The notes beneath the pieces are model-generated. The model did no database searches. It saw only the letters and a program-made list of their open reading frames with translations, and was not told the origin of the DNA. A program made the translations under genes and the position numbers. A stretch of DNA of 64,000 nt from Candidatus Poriferihabitans sp. (lineage in GTDB: Bacteria; Pseudomonadota; Gammaproteobacteria; Arenicellales; Poriferihabitantaceae), in assembly GCA_965220975.1 (NCBI GenBank), contig OZ244855.1, positions 2,384,967-2,448,966 on the forward strand, written 5' to 3'. This document shows, piece after piece, positions 53,974 to 64,000 of the stretch. How positions within the stretch are numbered: position 1 is the first letter of the stretch; every line of letters begins with the position of its first letter.

Positions 53974-54912
53974 TTATTGTTCTTCTTGCGCTTCGGCCAA
54001 TCCAGTAAGTTCTCGGCTGATTTTCATCAGTCTAGTTACGTTCGCATCGTCCAGAACTAATGGATTTGGCTCCAAGAATATATCTTCATGTATGAACTTT
54101 CCTGATACTCCCTCATATTTGGAATCTAGTGCAACGGCGATAATGCGTTCACCGCCAACCCAAGTGGGGGCAGCCAATTTTCCAAACATTATTCTGAAGG
54201 CGCGTTCAAGACCCTTGGTATGTCGGTCCAGGTTCGAGCGAATATAACCAGGATTGAGGCAGTTGATCGAAGTACCGCTACCTTCAAGTCGGACAGCTGC
54301 GTCGCGCCCATGCATAAGCATACATAGTTTAGCTTGGGCATAAGACGAAAACATTGACCATTTGTTGTTTTCGAGATGCAGATCATCAAGAAGCAACTTG
54401 GCAGCCTCCTGAGTGGCTGAAGTTAGTTGAACAATTCGAGCGTTGGGTGTCGCCTTGATTTTTTCGAGCAACAGCTCAGTCAGCAGGAACGGCCCAAGAT
54501 AGTTGACCGCAAAGTTCATCTCATATCCATCGGGTGACAATGTACGAACCGGAAAATTCAGACCAGCACAGTTGATCAAGTAATCAATGTGCCCGCAGCG
54601 ATCAAGTACCTCACTGGCTGCCTTGCGAACCTGCCCAAGATCACCCAAGTCACACTTAACAAAAGTGAACTGTCCTCTGTGTCCTGCCTTGCGCAATTCT
54701 GAAATTACGTTTTCGGTTTTACCGACATTGCGCCCAAACAGGCAGATATCAGCACCCATTTCAGCAAAGCGTTCTACCGCTATTCGTCCTATTCCGTCTG
54801 TACCGCCGGTGAAGACAACCATTTTGCCTGTCAGATCTTTGTTGGGAACCTTAGGTGCTGTCTTTCGTGCCAGGAATGTATCGAACCATAATTTTCCGAA
54901 AGGTCGTTTCAT
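53974..54912 (-). CDS. short-chain dehydrogenase/reductase (SDR)
   Basis: The NAD(P)-binding motif is VVFTGGTDGIGR, and the catalytic YAQAK motif (YxxxK) is present. Confidence 0.8.
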   Translation of the reverse strand: MKRPFGKLWFDTFLARKTAPKVPNKDLTGKMVVFTGGTDGIGRIAVERFAEMGADICLFGRNVGKTENVISELRKAGHRGQFTFVKCDLGDLGQVRKAASEVLDRCGHIDYLINCAGLNFPVRTLSPDGYEMNFAVNYLGPFLLTELLLEKIKATPNARIVQLTSATQEAAKLLLDDLHLENNKWSMFSSYAQAKLCMLMHGRDAAVRLEGSGTSINCLNPGYIRSNLDRHTKGLERAFRIMFGKLAAPTWVGGERIIAVALDSKYEGVSGKFIHEDIFLEPNPLVLDDANVTRLMKISRELTGLAEAQEEQ

Positions 54913-54930
54913 GTATGCCTCAACTTACTC

Positions 54931-55135
54931 GAGTTATGGTCGAAAGTAGTGCGCGGGAGGTGAGGTTCATCCAGCGGCTACCGTCTTGTTGTCAGATTGT
55001 ACCTCAATATCGTCCCTTAACTGCACACTCTCGATGACTTTTCAAGCTTGCCAAACCCGCACAACCTTTCCCATATGGTTTGGCATACTGGTCGAGCTTG
55101 AACATCATGATTCACTCAGAGTGGATCGGCAGGGC
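54931..55135 (-). mobile_element. IS256-like terminal remnant (IR plus 3' end of the transposase gene)
   Basis: It starts with GAGTTATGGTCGAAAGTAGTGCGCGGG, as the intact copies do. Diverged, AT-shifted similarity then continues to ...GTCGAGCTTGAACATCATG, and the rest of the element is absent. Confidence 0.7.
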
Positions 55136-55235
55136 CTAGTGAAATTCAATATGTAGCTTGCTCAGTGTTCCATACACGGTGCAATTTTTCGGATTAATCA
55201 ATACCCGAAGCAATTTGCATCGAATAACCTCCCGA

Positions 55236-56477
55236 TTATGGAACTGATGATGTATTCCACAAAACGGAGATAGGAGCAGCATAAAAGCTATCCTTGTATG
55301 GAATAGGACTGACCTGATCATGATCAAACAACACTATCCCTTGAATAAATTTTTCACCGCATGCTTCCTGAAGCTTTCTCAATCCAGAAAAATCTTTTGG
55401 AGTGACAGTTGCGGATGACTTAACCTCAATTCCAACAATTTCTCCATTCTGGTTTTCAATTACGAAATCAACTTCATTCTTGTCCTTGTCCCTGTAATGA
55501 AAGAACGAGCAACGCTGTTCACTCCAGGTCGATATCTTTATAATTTCACTATATACGAACGTCTCCAGAATCGGCCCAAAAGAAGATTTGTCCCTCTGGA
55601 TATTATCAAATGAAGTCTTGCGTATTGTGGCTAGAAGCCCGGAGTCAAGAAACTGCAATTTGGGAGATTTGACTTGCCTTTTCAGCCTATTCCTGAACCA
55701 TGGGTGCAGTAGCTTGACCAAATAAAGTCTCTCTAGAACTTGCATGTATTTTTTCGTGCTCACATGATTCAGGCCAATGGCTTTGCCAACATTGGAATAA
55801 TTGACCAGTTGTCCGGAATGCTCTGCCAAAATGGAAACAAGCTGGGGCATGATTGACATCTGGTCAAGACGCCCCAAGTCCCTGAGGTCACGCTCAATTA
55901 ACGAATTCAAATAGCTACTGTACCAATCTTGCTTACGGACCCACTCCTTGCGGCCAAGGGGCTCTGGATAACCTCCTGCAAGTACCGTCTCAATTAATGC
56001 CTCGCCAAATACCACGCGTTTCGCTTGAGGCACCTGTCCTGAAAATGCATCATCAATAAATGTGGACGGCTTGCCGATAATCTCTGCTTGCGATATCGGA
56101 AGTAAGGGAATGACTTCGATTCGTCCGGCAAGTGAATCAGGCAAATCTGGCGAGGCCATAAAATTGGTTGAACCGGTCAATAGAAATTTTCCAGGTACAG
56201 GATCAAAGTCAACGGATTGTTTGATGGCAGACAATAGAGCAGGCGCTTTTTGAATCTCATCAATGACCACTTGATTCAAACCCCTGATTAGTCCAATAGG
56301 ATCATCAATGGCTAACTGACGAGTGGTATCATTATCCATTGTCAAATACTGCCTTGTTCCAGTAGCAATATCCAACGCAAGTGTGGTTTTACCGGACTGC
56401 CGAGGACCCGACAGCAAAACTACACGAGTATCTGACAGGGCTTTCTTGATTCTCGCCTTTACAAATCTTGGATACAT
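55236..56477 (-). CDS. AAA ATPase with DUF4143-type C-terminal domain
   Basis: Walker A is LLSGPRQSGKTT, and the family-typical blocks VIDEIQKAP, FLLTGS and EVDFVIE are present. Confidence 0.7.
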   Translation of the reverse strand: MYPRFVKARIKKALSDTRVVLLSGPRQSGKTTLALDIATGTRQYLTMDNDTTRQLAIDDPIGLIRGLNQVVIDEIQKAPALLSAIKQSVDFDPVPGKFLLTGSTNFMASPDLPDSLAGRIEVIPLLPISQAEIIGKPSTFIDDAFSGQVPQAKRVVFGEALIETVLAGGYPEPLGRKEWVRKQDWYSSYLNSLIERDLRDLGRLDQMSIMPQLVSILAEHSGQLVNYSNVGKAIGLNHVSTKKYMQVLERLYLVKLLHPWFRNRLKRQVKSPKLQFLDSGLLATIRKTSFDNIQRDKSSFGPILETFVYSEIIKISTWSEQRCSFFHYRDKDKNEVDFVIENQNGEIVGIEVKSSATVTPKDFSGLRKLQEACGEKFIQGIVLFDHDQVSPIPYKDSFYAAPISVLWNTSSVP

Positions 56478-57945
56478 GCGAATGAATTTTCGACTATCTA
56501 AAATACTTAATTAGCACTATTGAAATTTTATTATTGTCTAATTGAAAAAATTATACATGAAATATTTTATTTTTTGGAAATATATTAAATAAAATTCCTC
56601 TTTATATCATTTATATCAATAATATATTTAAATTATCTATTCCGACTTTATGAAATATATTATTTGACTAATTGAAATATAAAATCAAGAAATTAAAATA
56701 ATGAGTCCGAGTAAATGCTGTTTTTACCAAGTCCTCATCCCTCACAGATCCAAGCATGCACGATTGATGCACTCGGTTCCTCGCCATAATAAATTCGTTC
56801 ATGCAACATAGATCGACTCGCGGGCTGGAGATAGCTGGAAGCTATGCAACAGGTGATTCATTCTCTCCCTGTTCACATGGCCCGTCCCGGCTTGGGCGAG
56901 ATAGCGCTTTGCAACATCCGCGTTCCGCCTGATAAAACGGAACCTTGAGAGCCTCTTCCCGTTATTCCATAGTATGCACAATGTCCCCGAATAACTTGGA
57001 ACAGGTGCTCCTGTTGTTCACGGAGCGGGCGTTAGCCCGTCCTTCGCAACTCGTCTGAAAAATTGATAAATTTCGACTAATTTTGGCGCAAATCCGTCTA
57101 TCAGTCATTGATTATTCGTTCTCCGGGGTCTGAAAACCGGTTGTGTTGCCAACCTATGAGAGTGCTATTGAATAAAATCAATACTTTATTATTTTGGTAT
57201 ATGCTGACTTGCGAAGTTCGGGACAATGCTTTGAAGGTATACATCTTATTCGAGAATAACTTCGTATACTGCTTTTTGGGAATGTACTTGATGGCCATGT
57301 TGCACCATTCCAAAAATACATCTTTTGGACATCCTAGCTAGTTAGTCGAGAGGGGAAAGCTTCTTTGGATGATTGCATCCATGCATAATTGGAATGATCT
57401 CCCTCCTTGCTTTCTTGGTCGCAATAACAGCAACCTTACCGTGTTTTGACATCATTTTTCCCAATCTGATTTGGCATTATTCCGGCAAGGAAATCTGAAA
57501 CGTTTGCCTTGTGATATTTTTAGTGAGTTATCGATATTTTGGTAAAGAAGAGCCATTACCGGCAAAAAAACCGTTTCCTGAGCCCACACAGACAACCGCG
57601 ATGCTTTCCATTCCAGGTGGTTTTTTGGGCGACAATCCCGCAATTTTGGCCCGGACTCAACCTGGTTAAGTGATTCAGTTGTCGGGTCGCTTGTAACTCA
57701 ATTATTTTATGGCAAGCGGGGTGATTGAAATACCAATAATGAAAGTTCCTAAAACGACATATTCAGTTCAGGCAGTGTACCAGCCAGAACTTGTGCGACT
57801 CCGACTGGCACCGAAAATACCTCAACCTGCTCGAATTTGTGATCGGATACAATGGAACATTTATAGACATGGTTGTACGCGATCTGACTCGTGTGTTTAG
57901 CATTTTTTCTTGTTTGCTATATCTCTACCAGAATGGTCCGAAAAT

Positions 57946-58419
57946 TTACCAAATCACGCTGTTTAACGGCTGACCGCACGAGATCAGTCGGACTCTTTCT
58001 CTTTTTCCACGGTAGGAGATCATGTTGGCTTTCTTCTTAAACTGATTAATTTCATGTTTCGAGACACCTCCAGAAGCTGCAACGGGTCGAAATCTTATTT
58101 CTTTCCTATCAGGTAATATTCCAACAGCAGCCGAAGAACCAGCTCTTAATTGCCTGACTACTAAACTTGAATCCAACTTACCTCGTTTGAGCTCAAGCAA
58201 GACTACCCAGCCATTTCCCTTCTGATCGTCTGCAACCAGGAGGTAGTCGCAACGAGGGGAATCTTTAGGTAATGGTGAACCAGGCTTGTCAAAATCCAAA
58301 ACCGATCGAGGTTTTGGTACTCCATTCAACGGGACCTCGCACCCATGCTTTTTCAAACTGCCCTGATGAAGACAGTCCTTATTCACTTTATTACGAAACT
58401 CTTTCAGGAAATTACTCAC
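57946..58419 (-). CDS. small PD-(D/E)xK-type nuclease candidate
   Basis: The 157-aa protein reads RCDYLLVADDQKGNGWVVLLELKRGK, which fits the D...ExK motif. It overlaps the upstream ATPase gene by 8 nt. Confidence 0.45.
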   Translation of the reverse strand: MSNFLKEFRNKVNKDCLHQGSLKKHGCEVPLNGVPKPRSVLDFDKPGSPLPKDSPRCDYLLVADDQKGNGWVVLLELKRGKLDSSLVVRQLRAGSSAAVGILPDRKEIRFRPVAASGGVSKHEINQFKKKANMISYRGKRERVRLISCGQPLNSVIW

Positions 58420-59905
58420 AAGCGTCCTCTATCGCACTCGATATTTCAGCCCATTCATTATGCAAAGCCGCTGCAACATCGTCATATCCAGATGAGTACA
58501 AACCGGAATCACCGAGTTGAATTTCCTTGACAACCGAACCCTTCGGACGGTTTTTTTGCTCAAAAAGCCAAACTCCCACTTGGTCTGAACGCAAGGCAAA
58601 TTGTCTGTCTACAGCAGTATCGTATTCATGTTCTGGTAATTCCGAGCGACGGACAATATTCGCCAGTTCTTCGAGCAACCACTCGCTGTGCGTGGTCACG
58701 ATCACCTTGATACCCGCATTGACCAAGGCTGAGAGTTGACGCATAAACTCTACTTGCATTGAAGGGTGAAGATGTGATTCAGGTTCCTCGACAATCAACA
58801 CATTGCCGGGATTAACAATATGACGGAGATACAAGACTACCGGAGCAAGTTCAGAAACCATTGAGGATGCATTCGCCAATGCCAAGTCATCCTGCCAATC
58901 ATTGGGACGGTAAACAAAACGCGGATAGTTATTATGGGACTCTCTTTGAATACTTATGGTACCCCCAAGTATATGCCTTTCAATATTTTCGGTCTGATCA
59001 ATAGTTTGCTTTCTGCGCCCACGCACAGAATCAATTTCTATCAATTGTTCCAGAAAGTCTGCCAATACCCCAGACAACACGGGCATTCGTTCAGAGGGGC
59101 GAAGGCCTGCTGAGGAGGCACTTGATATCAGTGCAGTGACTACAACGCTATGAGCATGCATAATGCCTGTACGGTCCGCCGGTAGATAGTAAGCTGGAGA
59201 ATTTAAGGGACCAAGTATTGAAGGTAAAATCATGCTACCAAAGTACTCAATAAGCTCAAAATCAACAAAGCCTCGTCTTTTTGAGTCTTTTTTCAATTCA
59301 TTGATCAATTGGCTTAGAAAGTGCCTTTCGCTGTAAATCGGCTCCGAGTCAATAACAATTCGCAAATTTTCTGGGAATCTAATTTGAAATTGACCATTCT
59401 GGGCCAGAGAAAGAAAATGTTCTACACTTTCAGGACGATTGGGAATAGGTTTCCGTATGGTAATTTGTGCCTTACCAAAGGACTTCTGCTTGCGGATGAG
59501 GGAATGGACCTCCCCAACTCCAAAGCAACGGCATATTTCCTCAGCAAGCAACGCCCCGTTGCTTGCTGCTCCAGATTGAAGAAGTTGGACAAGAGAGGGA
59601 GATAAGAGTGTTTCAGTTCTTGATTTGTTTTTGTCATACTCAAGCGATTGAAACAAATCAATTAGAGGTCCTATGCTCCTGTCAATAATCTTCTTATTTG
59701 CAGAATGTAAAAATAGCGGACCCCGAGCATGACGTCCATGCCGGTAAAAAAACCGATGTAGAGCATAAATCAGAATTGCGAGATAGGACTTTCCGGTGTT
59801 GCTTGGCCCAACAAACACCGTCAGTGGACGTAGTTCTACCTCTGCTTTGGCTATCGGACCGAAATCTTTTATATCAAGTTCCAGATAACGCCTTTTTTCA
59901 TTCAT
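58412..59905 (-). CDS. ABC/OLD-like AAA ATPase (AAA_15/21 type)
   Basis: Walker A is VGPSNTGKSY. The Walker B/D-loop region is LIVEEPESHLHPSMQ, followed by VTTHSEWLLEEL. I chose the start at MNEKRRYLELDIKDFGPI. Confidence 0.7.
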   Translation of the reverse strand: MNEKRRYLELDIKDFGPIAKAEVELRPLTVFVGPSNTGKSYLAILIYALHRFFYRHGRHARGPLFLHSANKKIIDRSIGPLIDLFQSLEYDKNKSRTETLLSPSLVQLLQSGAASNGALLAEEICRCFGVGEVHSLIRKQKSFGKAQITIRKPIPNRPESVEHFLSLAQNGQFQIRFPENLRIVIDSEPIYSERHFLSQLINELKKDSKRRGFVDFELIEYFGSMILPSILGPLNSPAYYLPADRTGIMHAHSVVVTALISSASSAGLRPSERMPVLSGVLADFLEQLIEIDSVRGRRKQTIDQTENIERHILGGTISIQRESHNNYPRFVYRPNDWQDDLALANASSMVSELAPVVLYLRHIVNPGNVLIVEEPESHLHPSMQVEFMRQLSALVNAGIKVIVTTHSEWLLEELANIVRRSELPEHEYDTAVDRQFALRSDQVGVWLFEQKNRPKGSVVKEIQLGDSGLYSSGYDDVAAALHNEWAEISSAIEDACE

Positions 59906-60071
59906 GGTTTTGTTTCTTGGGTACACGACTTTATTTTAATACCCCTTCATACATCCTATACATGTTTGAAAAATATGAAAACAATGAAACGATGGCAATT
60001 TCCTGATTTTTAGGACAGTACCAATCACAAATCCGTGAAGGCATGAAAGGAGTGGACACAGTGCAAATCCA

Positions 60072-61262
60072 TCAAGAAGCATTGCAAAGTCGATTTTCAT
60101 TTCTCCAGATAGCACCAAACGGAACAACCCACAAGCCATCGCCGAACGAGCCAGCATGCTCGCCAGCATACAGTACAATGCCTGTAAACGATCGATCATC
60201 AACGAGATTTTTCTTGAACCATCTTAGATGCTTGAAATCATTTTTTGATATTGTCGCGGCAGATTTGATCTCAATGCCAAGCAGGGCACCGTCATCCCTC
60301 TCGACAATGAAGTCAATCTCCCTTTTTTCCCGATCCCGGTAATGATAAAGGGAATATTCACCACCGCTTGAATCAACTTGCGCTGCTAATTCGTTGTAGG
60401 CGAAGGTTTCAACGAGCTTACCCGCTTGGTCAGGGTCAAGTCTAACTCGCTCTTCCCTCAATCCAAGCATTGATGACATCAACCCACTATCAGTCATAAA
60501 CAGTTTCCTTTGTTTGCCGACCCTCGCATAATCGATTTTCGTCCAAGGCTCGACTTGTTCAATAATGTACAGGCTTTCCAAAGCATTAATATAAGACTCA
60601 AGAGTAGGGCGAGTTATTCCTAAACCGGTGCCGATCGTGGAGATGTTCATGAATTTTGAAGACCATGCTGACAATATTTTTACCAAGTCCCGCATTTTTT
60701 CGTGTCGATGTATGCGAGCAATATCCACCAGGTCCCTCGAAAGCAGTGCTTCAATGTAGTCTCTGTGCCAGCGAGCTCTTGCAAGAGGCTCTAAATTTAG
60801 AGTTTCGGGAAAACCACCTCGAAGTGCTGATCGAATAATGTCATCACGACTGTACGCTTGATCGCTGTCTTTGAATTTCTGGCCAAAGCAACTATCAAGA
60901 AACCTAGGCTCCGATCTCAAGATCTCTCCCTCGGTTAGTGTGCGTAGACGAATTTTGGAAATCCTCCCCGCTAATGATTCCTGGACATCCGGCATGGCTT
61001 GGAAATTGGCGGAACCAGTCAGAAGAAACTGGCCTGGCCTGTTATTTTCGTCAACAACTTTCTTGATTGCCAGAAGTAGCGGGAGGACTCGCTGGACCTC
61101 ATCAATAATCATCATTTCCTTGTTGTGCTTAACGAATCCCATGGGGTCAGCTTCCGCTAAATCCTGTAACGTGCCGTCATCTAGGGTACGGTATTCCACA
61201 TTGATCGATTCCATTTTCCTCACCAGCGTTGTTTTTCCACACTGGCGTGGTCCGGCTAACAA
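60072..61262 (-). CDS. AAA ATPase with DUF4143 domain, probably 5'-truncated
   Basis: The ORF starts at a TTG inside ...LLAGPRQCGKTT. An in-frame TGA lies 4 codons upstream, so the usual N-terminal 25-30 aa are missing. Confidence 0.6.
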   Translation of the reverse strand: MLAGPRQCGKTTLVRKMESINVEYRTLDDGTLQDLAEADPMGFVKHNKEMMIIDEVQRVLPLLLAIKKVVDENNRPGQFLLTGSANFQAMPDVQESLAGRISKIRLRTLTEGEILRSEPRFLDSCFGQKFKDSDQAYSRDDIIRSALRGGFPETLNLEPLARARWHRDYIEALLSRDLVDIARIHRHEKMRDLVKILSAWSSKFMNISTIGTGLGITRPTLESYINALESLYIIEQVEPWTKIDYARVGKQRKLFMTDSGLMSSMLGLREERVRLDPDQAGKLVETFAYNELAAQVDSSGGEYSLYHYRDREKREIDFIVERDDGALLGIEIKSAATISKNDFKHLRWFKKNLVDDRSFTGIVLYAGEHAGSFGDGLWVVPFGAIWRNENRLCNAS

Positions 61263-62289
61263 TAATACACGTCACTCCCGCTTGGACATCATTATGGTCT
61301 TGTTTTGCCACCTGTTTATTATGTTATTCATATTTCTACCTTTTGTGCGTATTTATTTTTGTTGCAATATTTATAATAACATATCCGCTTTTTTATAAAT
61401 TATATATACGCAATTCTTAAATTATTAAGATCGCTATTTTTCTAATAGTATTTCCTAGTTGAAATTACCTACATCTCGTACCCTATATTTATTTCTCCTC
61501 AAACCAGTGCTTTAGCCGACAATCAGGATTCCTTAGCCGGCTATCCTGATCCTGTCTTTGAACCACTTGCAGCGACTTGTGAGACTGCAATTCCAAAATG
61601 AACATTGTTCAGCAAATCCGGCTGGCCATAATCAGTGTTTTCAGATAACCCGTCTCAGTTTTTTAGGTCATGTGCTGTTGTTGCCGATTTCTCACTGGAT
61701 TGTTGGGCAGATACTTTCAGGCCTAGAAAACCCATGTTGTAAATGGTCAGAGGACTGACCGTCCGGTGCAACTTTGGCTTTTTTGCCGAAGCATGAGCCA
61801 CTAGGTATCTTGAACGCCGATAATCTTTAATTTTGAGTCAAATTTTCTTTTCAGAGAAAATTGAATCTTTCCTATCGGCTTTTCGACTGTAATATCCAAA
61901 GAGCGGCTGACCATTACGATCACTCCGTATTTATTCAACTAGGTGATTGCTGAATATCTACAATAGAACAACCGATCCGATCATGACTCGTCGGTCTGAG
62001 GCTATGCCTCGCTAGTTAGTGCAGATGCCATCGCAATCCTCCATGCTTGACTGTCCCTGCTCATCGCGATTGTGGTGATCATCCTGAGAGTGCATGCCGT
62101 TAACCGTTAGCGTTTCCATTGCAACTAATTTCAAGCGAAATCGCCCCACCCTACAGAATGTTTGCAAGCAAACTATTCCCGCCGTTCATGATAAACGGCA
62201 GTTTTCTGGCAGACACGAATTAACCTGAATCGTTATTACAAAGGTTTTGTGATTTGAACAAAATCGGTAATGCCAGCCTCTAATTGCTC

Positions 62290-63378
62290 TCAATCTGCTT
62301 CCGATTCCTCAGGATCATCGGGATCTAGCGGAATAAGCTCTTGTTGATAGTTGGAGATATTTCTTGGCATCTTGAGACCAAGGTGTTGCCAAGCTGAACG
62401 GGTCGCCATACGTCCCCTTGGGGTTCGCATCAAAAACCCGCGTTGAATTAAAAAGGGCTCAACAATATCTTCCAAGGTTCCGCGCTCTTCTCCTATTGAT
62501 GCTGCAATACTGTCAATGCCGACCGGACCCCCGTCAAATTTCTGCATGATTGATAACAGATAATTTCGATCGAGTAAATCCAGTCCAATCGTATCAACTT
62601 CCAGCATGTCCAGAGCAGAATCAGCAATTTTTGCGGTCAACACTCCCTTGCCCTTGACTTCCGAGAAATCGCGTACTCTACGCAACAGACGATTGGCAAT
62701 TCTTGGTGTGCCACGTGAGCGTGCAGCGATGGATCTTACCCCATCTTCTTCAAACTCGGTTTTCAGGAGCTGTGCAGAGCGCTTGACAATCTGCACCAGT
62801 TCCTCATCCGAATAAAATTGCAAACGTTGCACAATCCCAAACCGATCACGGAGTGGAGAGGTGAGCAGTCCTGCTCGGGTGGTTGCTCCAACCATGGTGA
62901 AAGGTGGCAGGTTCAGTTTGATCGAACGTGCAGCTGGGCCTTCACCAATCATGATGTCCAGATAATAATCCTCCAGCGCTGGATAGAGAATTTCTTCAAT
63001 ACTTGGGTTCAGGCGATGAATTTCGTCAATAAAAAGCACGTCACCGACTTCAAGATTCGTGAGGATAGCAGCTAAATCACCGGACTTTTCCAACACCGGC
63101 CCTGAAGTCTGTCTGAGTTTGGCACCCATCTCGTTTGCAACAATATGCGCGAGAGTGGTCTTGCCGAGTCCTGGCGGACCAAAAACCAGAACATGATCAA
63201 GCGCCTCACCTCGTTTCCTTGCGGCCTGCATGAAAATATCAAGTTGTTCACGGGTTTTGGCTTGTCCCACAAATTCTTCCAGCCGTTCGGGGCGAAGACT
63301 CTTCTCAAACACCCGATCTTCGGGCATTTCAGTTGCCGCTTCAGCAGCAAGAATTCTTTTCATTCCGAATTCATTCAT
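62290..63378 (-). CDS. ruvB: Holliday junction branch migration helicase
   Basis: The sequence contains [12 protein letters not shown], Walker [10 protein letters not shown] and FIDEIHRL. The start overlaps the ruvA stop (ATGA). Confidence 0.95.
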   Translation of the reverse strand: MNEFGMKRILAAEAATEMPEDRVFEKSLRPERLEEFVGQAKTREQLDIFMQAARKRGEALDHVLVFGPPGLGKTTLAHIVANEMGAKLRQTSGPVLEKSGDLAAILTNLEVGDVLFIDEIHRLNPSIEEILYPALEDYYLDIMIGEGPAARSIKLNLPPFTMVGATTRAGLLTSPLRDRFGIVQRLQFYSDEELVQIVKRSAQLLKTEFEEDGVRSIAARSRGTPRIANRLLRRVRDFSEVKGKGVLTAKIADSALDMLEVDTIGLDLLDRNYLLSIMQKFDGGPVGIDSIAASIGEERGTLEDIVEPFLIQRGFLMRTPRGRMATRSAWQHLGLKMPRNISNYQQELIPLDPDDPEESEAD

Positions 63379-63968
63379 TTGTCAGACACCCAAGCGAGAG
63401 CATTTTTAATTAATTCATCTCGTGATCCGCTTTTTTCCCGAACTGCGGCAACTGCATTTTCTGCCTCATTGACTTTGAAACCAAGCGCAATCAGAGCGCT
63501 AACTGCATCCCGATAATCACTTGTGGTTTCATCGTCGATCAGATCCTGGTCATCATCAATCTGAAATAATTTCAGTCGGTCTTGCATTTCCAGAATCATC
63601 CGTTCAGCAGTCTTCTTGCCAATACCGGGAACTCGGGTCAACATGGCATGATTTCGATTGCGAATGCATTGAAGCAGTTCACCGGTGCTAAGAGTACTTA
63701 ATATGGCAAGCCCAACTTTTGGCCCGACACCGTTGATCTTCAGCAGAATTCGAAATAATTCACGCTGGCCAAGTTCGGAAAACCCAAACAGCAATTGTGC
63801 ATCCTCCCGAACAAACATGTGGACAAATAACGAAACGGTCTCACCTTCGTCTGGAAGGTCATAGATAACAGACATCGGTGCTTCCAGCTCATAGCCCACG
63901 CCATTAACATCCACTAACAGGTTTGGGGGATGTTTGTAAACAAGTCGACCATGCAAATATCCAATCAT
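63375..63968 (-). CDS. ruvA: Holliday junction DNA-binding protein
   Basis: The N-terminus is [33 protein letters not shown], and the HhH motifs are [13 protein letters not shown] and [12 protein letters not shown]. Confidence 0.95.
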   Translation of the reverse strand: MIGYLHGRLVYKHPPNLLVDVNGVGYELEAPMSVIYDLPDEGETVSLFVHMFVREDAQLLFGFSELGQRELFRILLKINGVGPKVGLAILSTLSTGELLQCIRNRNHAMLTRVPGIGKKTAERMILEMQDRLKLFQIDDDQDLIDDETTSDYRDAVSALIALGFKVNEAENAVAAVREKSGSRDELIKNALAWVSDK

Positions 63969-64000
63969 AGTCCTCGTGTCCCATTAATTTCGATTTGGAT

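Noticed and set aside
56700-57060. A GC-richer patch with two adjacent hairpins (AACAGG-tgct-CCTGTT and CGGGC-gtta-GCCCG) sits in an AT-rich spacer. It was considered as an ncRNA, a retron msr/msd or a group II intron fragment.
   Set aside because: There is no reverse transcriptase gene nearby, no match to the 5' GUGYG or domain V patterns I know, and no terminator-like T-run. This is too little to support a call.
62012-62119. A 35-aa minus-strand ORF (METLTVNGMHSQDDHHNRDEQGQSSMEDCDGICTN) lies in the spacer downstream of ruvB and was considered as a metal-binding peptide or RiPP precursor.
   Set aside because: It has no Shine-Dalgarno sequence and no adjacent modification or export genes. 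A 35-codon open frame is easily produced by chance.

Overview
The window looks like an AT-rich chromosome of a sulfur-oxidising gammaproteobacterium. That assignment is an inference from the aprM-aprB-aprA operon and the tyrS, lgt and ruvAB housekeeping genes. Core genes sit at both ends: a partial M23/OapA peptidase, tyrS, lgt, a TPR protein and aprMBA on the left, and ruvB and ruvA on the right. Between about 10.6 and 61.5 kb lies a large accessory region. Its main feature is six paralogous cassettes, each an outer-membrane porin gene followed by one or more TbpB-like surface lipoprotein (SLP) genes. The cassettes are visibly more GC-rich than the backbone, alternate in orientation, and form three convergent pairs (a/b, c/d, e/f). 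Only porin f (45858-46922, minus strand) has an RBS, an ATG and a full signal peptide. The other five are intact ORFs that lack the start codon and the n-region. All six share an invariant dyad-symmetric core exactly at that break point. I read this as a candidate multi-cassette switching system (inversion or gene conversion) for surface proteins; no recombinase gene is present in the window. The spacers between cassette pairs carry defence-type modules. These are a Ubl-E2-JAB/E1 operon with an ABC-type ATPase and a PIN protein, a DUF3800 pair, an MqsR-like/MqsA-like/KGGVGR-ATPase-TPR trio, and an ABC-type ATPase plus PD-(D/E)xK nuclease pair flanked by DUF4143 ATPases. There are also two intact 1400-bp IS256-family copies, each with its own 8-bp target duplication, two IS256-like remnants, and several large inverted repeats. 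No rRNA gene, tRNA gene or CRISPR array was found. All calls come from reading the sequence and the ORF translations; no database search was run.
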